DNA of 64,000 bases from an uncultured Candidatus Saccharibacteria bacterium (GCA_964362125.1 CAYICS010000001.1:18052-82051), one strand, 5' to 3'; counted from the stretch's first letter, positions 26,704-36,391 are shown. Program-made: numbers and translations. The notes: generated by a model from the letters alone, not told the origin.

Positions 26704-27180
26704 TCAATACTTCTGTGGATAACCCCCCGCACCAGTGATGGCAATGGCAATAGCGTCCGAGGTATCATCAAGTACTTTTAAACGGGGTTGGCCAAGGATT
26801 AAAGCTGTCATCTTGGCCACCGCTTTTTTGTCAGCGCCGCCATAGTTGGTGACCGCTTGTTTTATTTGTTGGGGAGTGTATTCTAACAGGTCGGCGCCAA
26901 AATTCAAGATGCCGGCAATAATAACCCCCCGGGCCTGGGCCACTTCAATGCCGGTTTTAATATTTTTGGTAAAAAATAGTTTTTCCACCACCACTGCCTC
27001 GGGCCTGGTTTTTTGGAGAAGTTTTTGGAAATCTTTGGCTAAATAAAACAGCTTTTGGTTGGGGTTTTTAGTTTTGATTTCAATGGCGCCGGCCGCCAGT
27101 AATTTTAAATGACTGCCTTGTTTTTCAATCAGCCCCCAACCAGTTCGGGAACTGCCCGGATCAATGCCTAAAATTTTCAT
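26704..27180 (-). CDS. ruvC: crossover junction endodeoxyribonuclease RuvC
   Basis: MKILGIDPGSSRTGWGLIE start; catalytic Asp/Glu spacing typical of RuvC. Confidence 0.85.
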   Translation of the reverse strand: MKILGIDPGSSRTGWGLIEKQGSHLKLLAAGAIEIKTKNPNQKLFYLAKDFQKLLQKTRPEAVVVEKLFFTKNIKTGIEVAQARGVIIAGILNFGADLLEYTPQQIKQAVTNYGGADKKAVAKMTALILGQPRLKVLDDTSDAIAIAITGAGGYPQKY

Positions 27181-27240
27181 ATTAATACCTGATTTGATGC
27201 CGCTTGCTATGTTCGGCCATTGCTATGCTAAAATTATAGT

Positions 27241-28314
27241 ATGCCCAGGAGATCTTTGGCTACCCTTGTTATTTTTATTTTTATTTTTAATCTAGGCAAT
27301 GGTTTTTTATTAGTTAAAGCCCAGACCGCCGCGGTTAAGGAATTTGATAGGAAATTGAGTCGATTCGAAGCTGAGTTGAGTGGAGCTCCAGATATTGAGG
27401 CGGCGAAAAAAATTATTTTTGGTTCAGGGTTAAGTCTTGAAGATTTTCAGCGGGCGCTTGAAGCTGCCAGCTCTGAAGAATTAACTCCGAAGGAAAAGGC
27501 GGCGATTAGGGAATTAGAGAGACTGACTGATGAATATAATAAAAGCCAGATTACTCAACAACAAATTACTCAACAACAATATGAGCAGTCAATTTTTAAT
27601 TTAAAAGATTTGCCTTGGTATATTAAGGCCTATATTGTTTTTTCTGGGATTGTTGTCGCTAGCAAACTTTCCAAGGAGGTTGCCCTGAAATTAATCCCGG
27701 GGCTAAATAATTTTTTTGAAAACCGGAATTTTGCCAGACAATACGAACAGATGAAGCGTTTTTATGATTTTGCCAAAGCGCGGCAGTTAACCGAGATGGT
27801 GAGCGAGGCCGAACGGTCCCGGGCCTTTGTCAGGCCGCCTCGTCGTCTTTCGGGGCCAGCCAAACCTAGTTGGCTCTCAAAATTGGGAAGGTTTGGTAAA
27901 GGCTTAAAATTGTTGGGAAAGGCGGTGGGTGTGGTGGGGGCAGTTACTGCTCCACCGTTAGTGGCGTTGGATCTAAAAAATTGTCAGGAGTTAAATAACG
28001 AAGTAAGGGTTATTAGAAATCGGTGGGGATTAATCTTATTGGATTTAGAAAATTTTCCTGAGAGGCGGGAGGAAATAATAGCCAATCTAAACACAGTTAA
28101 AGAACAAATCAAAAGTCTTGAATTAGATATGTTTTTGACTAGCTGTTTCCTCCAGCCGGGCTTTGATAGAACCAAAGACGATTTCTTTAAAATTCCCAAG
28201 ATTAAATCACCCAAAGAAAGAGAAGCAGAACTTTGGCAAGAAGAACAGAAGAAGATCCAGGAATTTGTAGAATATTTAAGAATAAATGGTTTGAAACCCA
28301 AAACTAGAAGATAG
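27241..28314 (+). CDS. hypothetical secreted/membrane coiled-coil protein
   Basis: Signal-like N-terminus; QITQQQITQQQ encoded by an 18-bp duplicated unit; an internal TM segment. Confidence 0.35.
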   Translation: MPRRSLATLVIFIFIFNLGNGFLLVKAQTAAVKEFDRKLSRFEAELSGAPDIEAAKKIIFGSGLSLEDFQRALEAASSEELTPKEKAAIRELERLTDEYNKSQITQQQITQQQYEQSIFNLKDLPWYIKAYIVFSGIVVASKLSKEVALKLIPGLNNFFENRNFARQYEQMKRFYDFAKARQLTEMVSEAERSRAFVRPPRRLSGPAKPSWLSKLGRFGKGLKLLGKAVGVVGAVTAPPLVALDLKNCQELNNEVRVIRNRWGLILLDLENFPERREEIIANLNTVKEQIKSLELDMFLTSCFLQPGFDRTKDDFFKIPKIKSPKEREAELWQEEQKKIQEFVEYLRINGLKPKTRR

Positions 28315-28370
28315 AATAGAACTATTTTTTTCCACTTCAAATATTTACCAGCCGATGATAGGGTAAAGTT

Positions 28371-29714
28371 GTGTTTCCTATTGAGGGCAAACTTTCCGGT
28401 CTGCAGAAAGAAGCTGAGGAGCGGCAACGGCGGCGCTTGGAAGATCAGCTGGCCGTCCTTCAGCAAAAACTAGTTAATTTGCCTTTAGTTAAAGAAGCTA
28501 TTGCCGCCTTTGATTTTCAAAATCAGCCCATCTCTGCCCTCTTGGACATTACTTTTGCCGGCGCTTTGGCCAACCGCGCCTCAGATGCGCATTTTGAGGT
28601 TGAGGCCGACAGCATCAAAATTCGCTTTCGCATTGATGGTCAGCTTAATGATGTGGCGGCCATCTCTCTGGAGTACTACAAACTTCTTCTTTCTCGAATT
28701 AAAATTCTTTCCAATTTAAAACTCAATGTCACTGATCGGCCCCAAGATGGCCGCTTTAGTTTTCATTTGCCTGATAAAGATGTGGAGATTCGGGTATCAG
28801 TGGTGCCGTCAGAATACGGCGAGACGGTGGTTATGCGGTTGTTGGATCCTGATGCCATTGGGATCAAGTTGGAAGATTTGGGTTTGCGGCCAGACGACCT
28901 GTTGGCGCTTGAGGAAGAATTATTTGCGCCCAACGGCATGATTCTTAACACCGGTCCCACTGGTTCGGGGAAAACCACCACCCTCTACGCCTTTCTTAAA
29001 AAACGGCAGACACCGGAAATCAAAATCATTACCATCGAAGACCCGATTGAATACCATCTGCCGGGCATCGAGCAGACCCAGGTTTTTCCTGATGGTGAAT
29101 ACAGCTTTGCTAATAGTCTGCGTTCAATTATTCGGCAGGACCCGGATGTGATTTTGGTGGGGGAGATTCGCGATCAGGAAACCGCTGAGATCGCCACTCA
29201 GGCCGCTTTAACCGGCCATCTGGTTTTTTCCACTGTCCACGCCAATGAGGCCGCTGGCGCCATTCCCCGACTGCTTGACTTGGGTATAAAAAATACCAGC
29301 ATCGGTCCGGCTCTGAATTTGGTAATGGCTCAGCGCTTGGTGCGGCGGCTTTGTCAGCAGTGCCGGCGGCCAAAAGACCCGGCGCCAGAGCTGAAAATCA
29401 GTTTAGAAAAATTTTTGGCCAGCCTGCCGGCGGCTGTGGATAAGTCTGGATTGGAAATTAAAATTTTTGAGGCTGTTGGTTGTCCTCAATGCAATCACTC
29501 CGGCTACTTAGGCCGGATTGGCGTCTTTGAATTGCTGAAAATTGAGGCCAATATCGAAAGTTTAATTGAAAGACAGGCCAGCGAAACAGAAATTCAGGAG
29601 TTTGCTCTAAAACAGGGGATGATTACCCTCCAAGGCGATGGTCTGATCAAAGCCCTTCGTGGTATAACCACATTAGAGGAGGTGGAGATGGTGACTGGCA
29701 AATTGAAAATTTAA
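28371..29714 (+). CDS. GspE/PilB-family type II/IV secretion ATPase (short, lacks N1 domain)
   Basis: GTG start; Walker A TGPTGSGKTTTLYA; Asp box; Walker B VILVGEIRD; His box; C-terminal tetracysteine CQQCRRP...CPQC. Confidence 0.8.
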   Translation: MFPIEGKLSGLQKEAEERQRRRLEDQLAVLQQKLVNLPLVKEAIAAFDFQNQPISALLDITFAGALANRASDAHFEVEADSIKIRFRIDGQLNDVAAISLEYYKLLLSRIKILSNLKLNVTDRPQDGRFSFHLPDKDVEIRVSVVPSEYGETVVMRLLDPDAIGIKLEDLGLRPDDLLALEEELFAPNGMILNTGPTGSGKTTTLYAFLKKRQTPEIKIITIEDPIEYHLPGIEQTQVFPDGEYSFANSLRSIIRQDPDVILVGEIRDQETAEIATQAALTGHLVFSTVHANEAAGAIPRLLDLGIKNTSIGPALNLVMAQRLVRRLCQQCRRPKDPAPELKISLEKFLASLPAAVDKSGLEIKIFEAVGCPQCNHSGYLGRIGVFELLKIEANIESLIERQASETEIQEFALKQGMITLQGDGLIKALRGITTLEEVEMVTGKLKI

Positions 29715-29721
29715 AAAAATA

Positions 29722-29872
29722 AAAGAGCCATCTCTCTGGGGGCGCGCTCCAGTCTTGGCTGGAGCTTTGGTTCCCTTTTAGATAAAAGAGTTTAGAATTA
29801 TCCCGAGGAGTGACCCAGCCGGAGCCGAGCCATCCAGAAAGCTAAGAATAACTCCTGCCCCCAGAGAGATGA
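29722..29872. other. candidate structured element/ncRNA: perfect 15-bp long-range inverted repeat (catctctctgggggc / gcccccagagagatg) enclosing about 120 nt with internal hairpins
   Basis: Arms at 29725-29739 and 29858-29872; inner stems gctccag/ctggagc and aggagt/actcct. Intergenic between pilB-like and ruvB. Confidence 0.3.
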
Positions 29873-29932
29873 CCCTTTCAAACTATAGGATTATAACATA
29901 CTCATTCCCCAAAAGTCAAGGGGATAATTTTC

Positions 29933-30910
29933 ATGACTGAATTACCCATCGATAGTCTGCTCCGGCCCAGTTATTGGCAAGACTATGTCGGTCAGGAGAA
30001 AATCAAGCAAAATCTCCAGATAATTCTTGAAGCTGCCAAAAAGCGCGGTGAAGCCTGCGACCACCTATTATTTTATGGTCAGGCCGGTCTTGGCAAGACC
30101 ACCCTCGCCTACCTCGCCGCCAAGGAGTTGGACTGCAATCTCAAGGTCACTTCTGGCCCGGCCATTGAGAAAATGGGAGATTTGGCGGCGATTTTAAGCA
30201 ACCTTGAAAATAATGATGTCCTTTTTATTGACGAGGTCCATCGTTTAAATAAGACGATTGAAGAGGTGCTTTATCCGGCGATGGAGAGCCGCAAACTGCA
30301 TCTGGTGATCGGCAAAGGACCGGGGGCGCGCTCAGTAGCCATTGATTTGCCGCCCTTCACTCTCATTGCCGCCACCACCAAGGTTCATTTGATCTCCGGG
30401 CCCCTAAGATCGCGCTTTGGCGCTTCTTTCAAGCTGGATTTCTATGAATTAAATGATATTGAAGCTATTATTCGCCGCTCGGCCAAAATTCTCAATATGC
30501 GTCTGAGCCCAGAAGCAGTGACGATGATTGCCCGGGCGGCTCGTTTCACTCCCCGGGTGGCTAACCGTCTTCTCAAGCGAGTCCGCGACTATGCTGAGGT
30601 TCACAATCAGCCCCAAGTTGATCTGGCGGTAACCAGTAAGACTTTTGATCTCTTGGAGATTGATGAGTTGGGACTGGAGCCGGCTGACCGGCGGCTTTTG
30701 GAAATCATTATCAGAAAATTTAATGGGGGGCCGGTGGGAATTAATTCTCTGGCGGCCGCCCTCAATGATGAGGCGGAGAATATCGAGGAAATTTCCGAGC
30801 CGTATTTAATGTCTCTGGGATTTTTATTACGAACCTCTTCAGGCCGGATGGTGACCCCGGCCGCTTATCAACATCTCAGTCTGCCGCCGCCCTCTAGTGC
30901 CTTGATTTGA
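29933..30910 (+). CDS. ruvB: Holliday junction branch-migration ATPase RuvB
   Basis: Walker A GQAGLGKTTLA, DEVHRL, sensor motifs and winged-helix C-terminus. Confidence 0.9.
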   Translation: MTELPIDSLLRPSYWQDYVGQEKIKQNLQIILEAAKKRGEACDHLLFYGQAGLGKTTLAYLAAKELDCNLKVTSGPAIEKMGDLAAILSNLENNDVLFIDEVHRLNKTIEEVLYPAMESRKLHLVIGKGPGARSVAIDLPPFTLIAATTKVHLISGPLRSRFGASFKLDFYELNDIEAIIRRSAKILNMRLSPEAVTMIARAARFTPRVANRLLKRVRDYAEVHNQPQVDLAVTSKTFDLLEIDELGLEPADRRLLEIIIRKFNGGPVGINSLAAALNDEAENIEEISEPYLMSLGFLLRTSSGRMVTPAAYQHLSLPPPSSALI

Positions 30911-30982
30911 CAAATCCCTTTAATTTACCTATAATATATATAGGACTTCAAACTTAACCAATCAAGAGAAAGGAGCTTAGCC

Positions 30983-31717
30983 GTGTTTGGCAGAAACAAG
31001 GACAGGGGGTTTTACTTGTCTGATCCGGAGTCGGGGAGTTCGCTCAAGTTGATGATGGTTCATGTTCCACCTGAAAAATTGTCTGAACTGTTCTCGGAAA
31101 TGGCCCGCCGGTTGGGTCAAACAGTGGAGGTGGTTTTATATTCCACTCATCATATAGAGCCATACCGTCGCCGCTTCTACGAGTTGCTGGCCGGGTTTCA
31201 TTGTTCTTCTAAGGAACGCCGTCAGGCCCAGAACAAGTTTGGGTCGGTGTTGGAGTATCAGATCTGGCAGCGAGACGCTGTCGACACTGATTTTCTTATG
31301 AAGACCTTGATGCGTTCCCGGCTGTTGTTCCTCAATGACAGTCATTGCGAAATTCAGGTCAGTGGTGTCGCTGAGGGAAATCTCGACGAAAAAACCCCGG
31401 CCTTCATCAAGTTGCTCAGCGAGCGCTATCTCCACGTCTTTGATGTTGACTTTGGCCCTTACTACCCTCTCCTGCGCCGGTTTCGTCTCAAGTCTGATCC
31501 CAACTTCGGTGAGCGGGAGCCTTTCTTGGGGCGAGGTTTCTTGGAGAGAGCTCATGGTTCTTACCAGCAGGAATTCCAGGCGCTAGTGAGACGCCTTGAT
31601 GCTGAGTGGCAGGGAGGACTTAGTCGCCGCACTCTCCTTGGGATGGAGCCGCTCTCGATTAAACAGCTCTTCCGCGAGCCCTCCAGTCTCCACCGGTTCC
31701 TACGGGAAGTCTCGTAG
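30983..31717 (+). CDS. hypothetical protein (244 aa)
   Basis: GTG start after an AAAGGAG RBS and a TATAAT-like box. Confidence 0.4.
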   Translation: MFGRNKDRGFYLSDPESGSSLKLMMVHVPPEKLSELFSEMARRLGQTVEVVLYSTHHIEPYRRRFYELLAGFHCSSKERRQAQNKFGSVLEYQIWQRDAVDTDFLMKTLMRSRLLFLNDSHCEIQVSGVAEGNLDEKTPAFIKLLSERYLHVFDVDFGPYYPLLRRFRLKSDPNFGEREPFLGRGFLERAHGSYQQEFQALVRRLDAEWQGGLSRRTLLGMEPLSIKQLFREPSSLHRFLREVS

Positions 31718-31728
31718 GAGCCTTTTTT

Positions 31729-32184
31729 TTGTTGCTCAATAGTCGGGGTTCTATTAATATATCAAGAATGGTTTCGGAATCAGTTGGTGATACCAAAAAA
31801 TTAGCCCAAAAATTAGCCCGATCTAAAAAAAGGATTTTTGCGCTGGTGGGAGAATTGGGATCGGGCAAAACCACTTTTGTTCAGGCATTTTTGCGCGCCC
31901 AAGGCGTCCGCAGCCGCATCACCAGCCCGACATTCGTGATTATAAAAAGATTTAAGATTTATGATTTAAGATTTAAGAACGCCTACCATATTGATTGCTA
32001 TAGATTAAAAAATTCCAAAGAACTGCTCAAGCTCGGCCTAAAAGAAATTCTCGCTAATAAGCACAACATTGTCTTAATTGAATGGGCGGATAAGATTAAA
32101 AGTTTATTACCCAAACGCGGCGTTCAGTGGATTTATTTTGAGCACAGCAGGATTGCTAAAGAAAGGAGAATTATTATAAAATAA
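31729..32184 (+). CDS. tsaE: tRNA threonylcarbamoyladenosine biosynthesis protein TsaE
   Basis: P-loop GELGSGKTTFVQ, SPTF, IEWAD motifs. Contains an in-frame (GATTTAA)4 heptamer array at 31949-31976. Confidence 0.75.
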   Translation: MLLNSRGSINISRMVSESVGDTKKLAQKLARSKKRIFALVGELGSGKTTFVQAFLRAQGVRSRITSPTFVIIKRFKIYDLRFKNAYHIDCYRLKNSKELLKLGLKEILANKHNIVLIEWADKIKSLLPKRGVQWIYFEHSRIAKERRIIIK

Positions 32185-32188
32185 AGCA

Positions 32189-32449
32189 ATGCCGGTTATC
32201 ACTAAGAAATTTATAAAAGAGGCTGTTTTAGAGGCGGTTGAGCCGTTAGCTAAGTCGGTTCAAAAAGACTTCCATCAAGTTAATCAAAGGCTGGATATCT
32301 TGGAGAATAAATTTACCGATTTACTAACGAAATTAGACGAGATACTGACTCTTTTTAAGAAACTTGACGAAGAAAATACCTTTCTTTCTGTTCAACTGCG
32401 AAGATTAGAAGATCGGGTGGCTCGTCTGGAATCTCAATACCGGAAATAA
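32189..32449 (+). CDS. hypothetical small coiled-coil protein
   Basis: ORF between tsaE and the polA 5'-nuclease; heptad-like Leu spacing. Confidence 0.3.
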   Translation: MPVITKKFIKEAVLEAVEPLAKSVQKDFHQVNQRLDILENKFTDLLTKLDEILTLFKKLDEENTFLSVQLRRLEDRVARLESQYRK

Positions 32450-32451
32450 AA

Positions 32452-33324
32452 GTGAAAACCCTCCTTTTAATAGATGCTCACGCTCTGATTTATCGTTTTT
32501 TTCATGCCTTGCCGGCTCTAACCACGCCCGACAACCAGCCCATCGGCGCTGTTTATGGTTTAGCCAATGTCATTTTAAAAATCCTCCGCGAGCATCAACC
32601 TGATTATCTGGCCGCCTGTTTTGACCGGCCGGAAGAGACTTTTCGGCGAAAAGAATATGCGCAATACAAAGCCACCCGGCAGGCGCCGCCTGATGAGCTG
32701 ATCTCCCAATTTAAGATCAGCCGTGAGCTTTTGGATAAATTCCAGATTCGGGTGGTGGAGATGCCGGGCTTTGAAGCTGATGATTTAATCGGCACTTTGG
32801 CGGAGAAATTTAAAAAGGAACCCAATCTGAAAATTGTGATATTTTCCGGCGACCTCGATCTTCTGCAGTTGGTGGAAAACGATAAAGTAGTGGTGGAATT
32901 TCTCAAAACCGGCATCAGCGACACCATGACCTATGATGAAAAAGCCGTGGCAGCCCGCTATGATTTAAGGCCTGAACAACTGCCCGATCTCAAGGGTTTA
33001 TTGGGCGATGTTTCTGATAATATTCCCGGGGTAAAGGGAGTGGGGCCGAAAACCGCAGGCCCCTTGATTAAAAAATACGGCACGCTGGAAAATCTTTTTG
33101 AAAATCTTTGGCAGGTGTCGGATAAAATTGGTCTGAAATTAACTGATAAAAAAGAGGAGGCGTTGTTTTCTAAAAAACTGGCCACTATTAAAAGAGATGT
33201 GCCGCTGTTTGTCCAGTCGCTTAATGACTTGAAATTAGAAGCGATTGATAGGGGTGGTTTAGTTAAATATTTCGAAAATTTGGGATTTATCAGTTTGATA
33301 AAAAGATTGAACTCAACTAATTAA
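32452..33324 (+). CDS. polA: DNA polymerase I 5'-3' exonuclease (FEN) domain as a stand-alone ORF
   Basis: LLLIDAHALIYRFFHA, GFEADDLIGT, helix-hairpin-helix GVKGVGPKTA motifs of Pol I 5'-nuclease; stop at 33322-33324. Confidence 0.8.
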   Translation: MKTLLLIDAHALIYRFFHALPALTTPDNQPIGAVYGLANVILKILREHQPDYLAACFDRPEETFRRKEYAQYKATRQAPPDELISQFKISRELLDKFQIRVVEMPGFEADDLIGTLAEKFKKEPNLKIVIFSGDLDLLQLVENDKVVVEFLKTGISDTMTYDEKAVAARYDLRPEQLPDLKGLLGDVSDNIPGVKGVGPKTAGPLIKKYGTLENLFENLWQVSDKIGLKLTDKKEEALFSKKLATIKRDVPLFVQSLNDLKLEAIDRGGLVKYFENLGFISLIKRLNSTN

Positions 33325-33345
33325 ACGATCGTCTAATTAGTTGAG
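33309..33345. repeat. palindromic element centred on CGATCG (actcaactaatta-aacgatcgtc-taattagttgagt) overlapping the 5'-nuclease stop codon
   Basis: Perfect 13-bp arms; related CGATCG-core palindromes at 40113, 47552 and 63441. Confidence 0.6.
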
Positions 33346-33398
33346 TAGTTGAGTAATAGTAAGTAATAGTAAAATAATTAGGTAACTAGGCTTCTAGT

Positions 33399-33442
33399 AA
33401 AAATAAAAAACCCCGGGTCGCGGCTCGATAGCCGCGCCCGGG
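33399..33442 (-). terminator. intrinsic terminator for the antisense small gene (ccccgggtcgcggct / agccgcgcccggg stem, then a T-run on the minus strand)
   Basis: Hairpin at 33411-33442 preceded on the plus strand by AAAAATAAAAAA. Confidence 0.55.
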
Positions 33443-33463
33443 ACCGCCGGTGGTCGTCCCGCA

Positions 33464-33670
33464 TCAGGCGCCCCATTTTCTTTTTGTAGGGGCTTCTGCT
33501 TGCAAAAAATCTGCAATCCGGAAGGCCGCTGGGTTGTTATCGGCGATCAATTCCACCGATTCAAAATCCCAATGACCTTCTTTCTCTTCACTTCGACTTA
33601 CATAAACAGTCATTTTGCCCTTTTCCCCGGGCACAGCCGTCAGGATTCTAAGAATCACTGGCGTGTTCAT
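33464..33670 (-). CDS. hypothetical small protein (68 aa) encoded antisense between the two polA halves
   Basis: ORF with its own terminator; no homology recognised. Confidence 0.3.
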   Translation of the reverse strand: MNTPVILRILTAVPGEKGKMTVYVSRSEEKEGHWDFESVELIADNNPAAFRIADFLQAEAPTKRKWGA

Positions 33671-33741
33671 CTCTGTCCTCCAAAGAACTTTGATATCTTG
33701 CCGAAAGTTCCGAATTCCGGCATTATATTAAGACTAGCAAT

Positions 33742-34869
33742 ATGGTTAAAAGTTTGTCAATAGGCCCGGTTTTAGAGGCAATGCGCCGGCGTGGAATCTT
33801 GGTTGACCGCGAAAAGTTAAAAGTCAAAAGTGAAAAGTTAAGAAAAGAAATTAGGAAATTGGCGGCAGAAATTAAGAAATTAGCGGGCGAAGATTTTAAT
33901 CTCAATTCGCCCCGGCAGTTGTCGCGGATTCTTTTTGAGAAATTAAAGTTGGTTAAAGGCGGCCGCCGCACCAAAACCGGCCTCCGCTCCACCAGCGAGG
34001 CGGCTTTGGATAATTTGCGCGGCAGCCATCGGATTATTGACAAGATTCTCCAATACCGCGAGCAATTCAAACTACTTTCCACCTATCTTGAGCCGTGGCT
34101 GAAATATAGTCGGGCCAGCCGCGACGGCCGCATCCACCCCACTTTTCTTCAGGATGCCACCGCTACCGGCCGCCTCACTTGCCAAAATCCCAATCTGCAG
34201 AATGTCCCCTCACAATTACGTGAGGTTCTCGTGGCGGCTGCTGGCCACACTTTGATTTCTGTTGATTATTCCCAGATTGAACTGCGGGTGCTGGCTACTG
34301 TCACCAAAGACCCGGCTTTGCTTGAGGCCTTTGCCAAAGATTTGGATATTCACCAGCTGACAGCCAGTAAGGTTTTTAATGTACCACTGGAGAAGGTCAC
34401 TAAAGAGCAGCGCAATCTGGCCAAGACTTTAAACTTTGGCGTCATCTATGGAATGGGAGCAGCTGCCTTTGCCCGCGTCTCTGGCTTGAGTCGCAAAGAG
34501 GCCGAACAGTTTATCGAAGAGTATTTTCTGGAGTTTAAAAAGGTTCGGCAGTGGCAGGAGAAAGTAAAATGGGAATTGCAACAGAATGGTTATGTTGAGA
34601 ATTTAGAAGGCCAGCGGCGAGAGCTTGGCCCGGGAGAGGAACGAGCGGCTATCAATTTCCCTATTCAGAGTTTGGCAGCTCATATTATCAAGCTAGCGAT
34701 GATCAAAACCGCTAAATATCCTTTATTGCTTTCCATTCACGACCAATTGGTCTTTGAGATAGAAAAAGGTAAAATAAAAGGGAGCAGCGCCGCCATTAAA
34801 GAAATTATGGAATCAGTTTATAAACTGGCAGTGCCGCTCAAGGTTAATGTCACTTTGGGGAGTTGGTAA
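33742..34869 (+). CDS. polA: DNA polymerase I polymerase domain (no 3'-5' exonuclease domain) as a separate ORF
   Basis: Family A polymerase motifs: DYSQIELRVLA (motif A), RNLAKTLNFGVIYGMGA (motif B), SIHDQLVFE (motif C). Confidence 0.8.
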   Translation: MVKSLSIGPVLEAMRRRGILVDREKLKVKSEKLRKEIRKLAAEIKKLAGEDFNLNSPRQLSRILFEKLKLVKGGRRTKTGLRSTSEAALDNLRGSHRIIDKILQYREQFKLLSTYLEPWLKYSRASRDGRIHPTFLQDATATGRLTCQNPNLQNVPSQLREVLVAAAGHTLISVDYSQIELRVLATVTKDPALLEAFAKDLDIHQLTASKVFNVPLEKVTKEQRNLAKTLNFGVIYGMGAAAFARVSGLSRKEAEQFIEEYFLEFKKVRQWQEKVKWELQQNGYVENLEGQRRELGPGEERAAINFPIQSLAAHIIKLAMIKTAKYPLLLSIHDQLVFEIEKGKIKGSSAAIKEIMESVYKLAVPLKVNVTLGSW

Positions 34870-35953
34870 AACAGAAACAGCGCCGGCGGCCGCACTGGAA
34901 AAAGCTTTATTTGGAGCTTTGGTGGCGGTAATGGGCGAGGCGATTGTTGTTTATGACCGGAGTTTTAAGGTGAGTGTTTTCAATCAGCGGGCCGAGGATA
35001 TTTTTCGGATTAAGGCCAGTGAGATAGTCGGCCAGAATTTTACCCTCGAGCGCGCCCAGGAAGCAAAATGGCAGGCTCTGTCACCGGTGATTTATGCGTC
35101 GCTGGCGCCAACCGTAGTGCGATTGTCAGAGGTGGGTGTTTCTCCTGAGGTTTTAAAAATTATTTTAGAAAATCCCCACCGCGAGTTGGAGACGGCCACG
35201 ATTGAGGTGGGCGATCACTTTCTAAAAATTATTAAAGATAAGAGCCGCGAGGCCGAACTTTTAAAAGCCAAAAGCGAGTTTATCACCATTGCCGGGCATC
35301 AATTACGGACACCGACGACGGCAGCTAATTGGGCTTTTGAAAATCTTAAAAAAGTTTCTGGATTAGATACTGAGGCCCAACAATTAATTGACACTGGCTA
35401 TAAAGCCGTCCAAGCGGCTTTGAAAATAATTAATGATTTATTAAACGCCGCTCAGATTGAAGAGGGCAGATTTGGTTTTCAGTTTCAAGATGTCAATCTG
35501 GTGGAATTTTTGGATCAGGTTTTAGCCGGGGCTTTGCCAGCGGCCAAAGAGTCCAAAATAAATATTTACTTCGATCGCCCCGAGGAAAATGAAGTAATAA
35601 TTTCAGCTGACTCCAACCGGCTGGCGATGGCGGTTACTAACCTGATTGATAATGCTATTAAATATAATGTTTCTGGGGGTGAGGTGACAGTGAAATTAGA
35701 GGTAAAAGACAGTCAGGCGCAGGTGAGCGTCAAAGACACTGGCGTCGGAGTTAAAGAAGAAGACATTGCTAAACTGTTCAGCAAATTTTTCCGTGGCGAA
35801 AATATTAAGAAAACCGTTCCCACTGGCTCTGGGCTAGGTCTTTACATCGCGAAAAACATTATTGAGGCGCATAAGGGTAAAGTTTGGGTGGAGTCAGTGC
35901 CAAATAGAGGCTCTACTTTTTATTTCTCCATCCCTCTAAAAGTTAAAAGTTGA
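34847..35953 (+). CDS. sensor histidine kinase (PAS-like N-terminus, HisKA plus HATPase_c)
   Basis: H-box ITIAGHQLRTPTT, N-box NLIDNAIKYN, G1 DTGVGV, G2 GSGLGL. Confidence 0.75.
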   Translation: MSLWGVGKTETAPAAALEKALFGALVAVMGEAIVVYDRSFKVSVFNQRAEDIFRIKASEIVGQNFTLERAQEAKWQALSPVIYASLAPTVVRLSEVGVSPEVLKIILENPHRELETATIEVGDHFLKIIKDKSREAELLKAKSEFITIAGHQLRTPTTAANWAFENLKKVSGLDTEAQQLIDTGYKAVQAALKIINDLLNAAQIEEGRFGFQFQDVNLVEFLDQVLAGALPAAKESKINIYFDRPEENEVIISADSNRLAMAVTNLIDNAIKYNVSGGEVTVKLEVKDSQAQVSVKDTGVGVKEEDIAKLFSKFFRGENIKKTVPTGSGLGLYIAKNIIEAHKGKVWVESVPNRGSTFYFSIPLKVKS

Positions 35954-35962
35954 AAGTTTAAA

Positions 35963-36334
35963 GTGAAAAATGACAATTTAAAATTTAAAAATGAGTTTAA
36001 AATCAGGCTTTATAGATGGGTTTTGAGATTAGTTAAATTCATTGACAAATTACCAAGAGATTCTACTTGTGAGATTATGGGCAAACAATTACTTAGGAGT
36101 GGAACGAGTATCCTTGCTAATTATATAGAAGCTCTTTCTGCGAGTTCAAAGCGTGATTTTATCAATTTTTTCACTCATTCCTTGAAATCTGCCAATGAAT
36201 CAAAGCTTTGGCTTACTCTCTTAAGAGATATGATCAAGGGCGACGAGAAAGAATTAGCTTGGTTATTGAAAGAATTGGTAGAGATTGCTAATATTTTAGC
36301 TTCAAGTTTGTTGACCTTGAAAGGCAAGAGGTGA
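35963..36334 (+). CDS. four-helix-bundle protein (TIGR02436 / 23S rRNA intervening-sequence-protein family)
   Basis: Characteristic LRSGTSILANYIEA...SLKSANESKLWLTLL motifs; the gene is flanked by matching 9-10-mers. Confidence 0.6.
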   Translation: MKNDNLKFKNEFKIRLYRWVLRLVKFIDKLPRDSTCEIMGKQLLRSGTSILANYIEALSASSKRDFINFFTHSLKSANESKLWLTLLRDMIKGDEKELAWLLKELVEIANILASSLLTLKGKR

Positions 36335-36391
36335 TTTTTTAACTTTAAACTGTCATTTTTAATTTTAATTTTTCAATTTTTAACTAAATTT

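Noticed and set aside
28371-29714. The PilB/GspE ATPase as evidence for a type IV pilus or competence operon at this locus
   Set aside because: No pilC/pilM/pilin or comG-like genes are adjacent (the neighbours are ruvC, a coiled-coil protein and ruvB), so only the single ATPase is reported.
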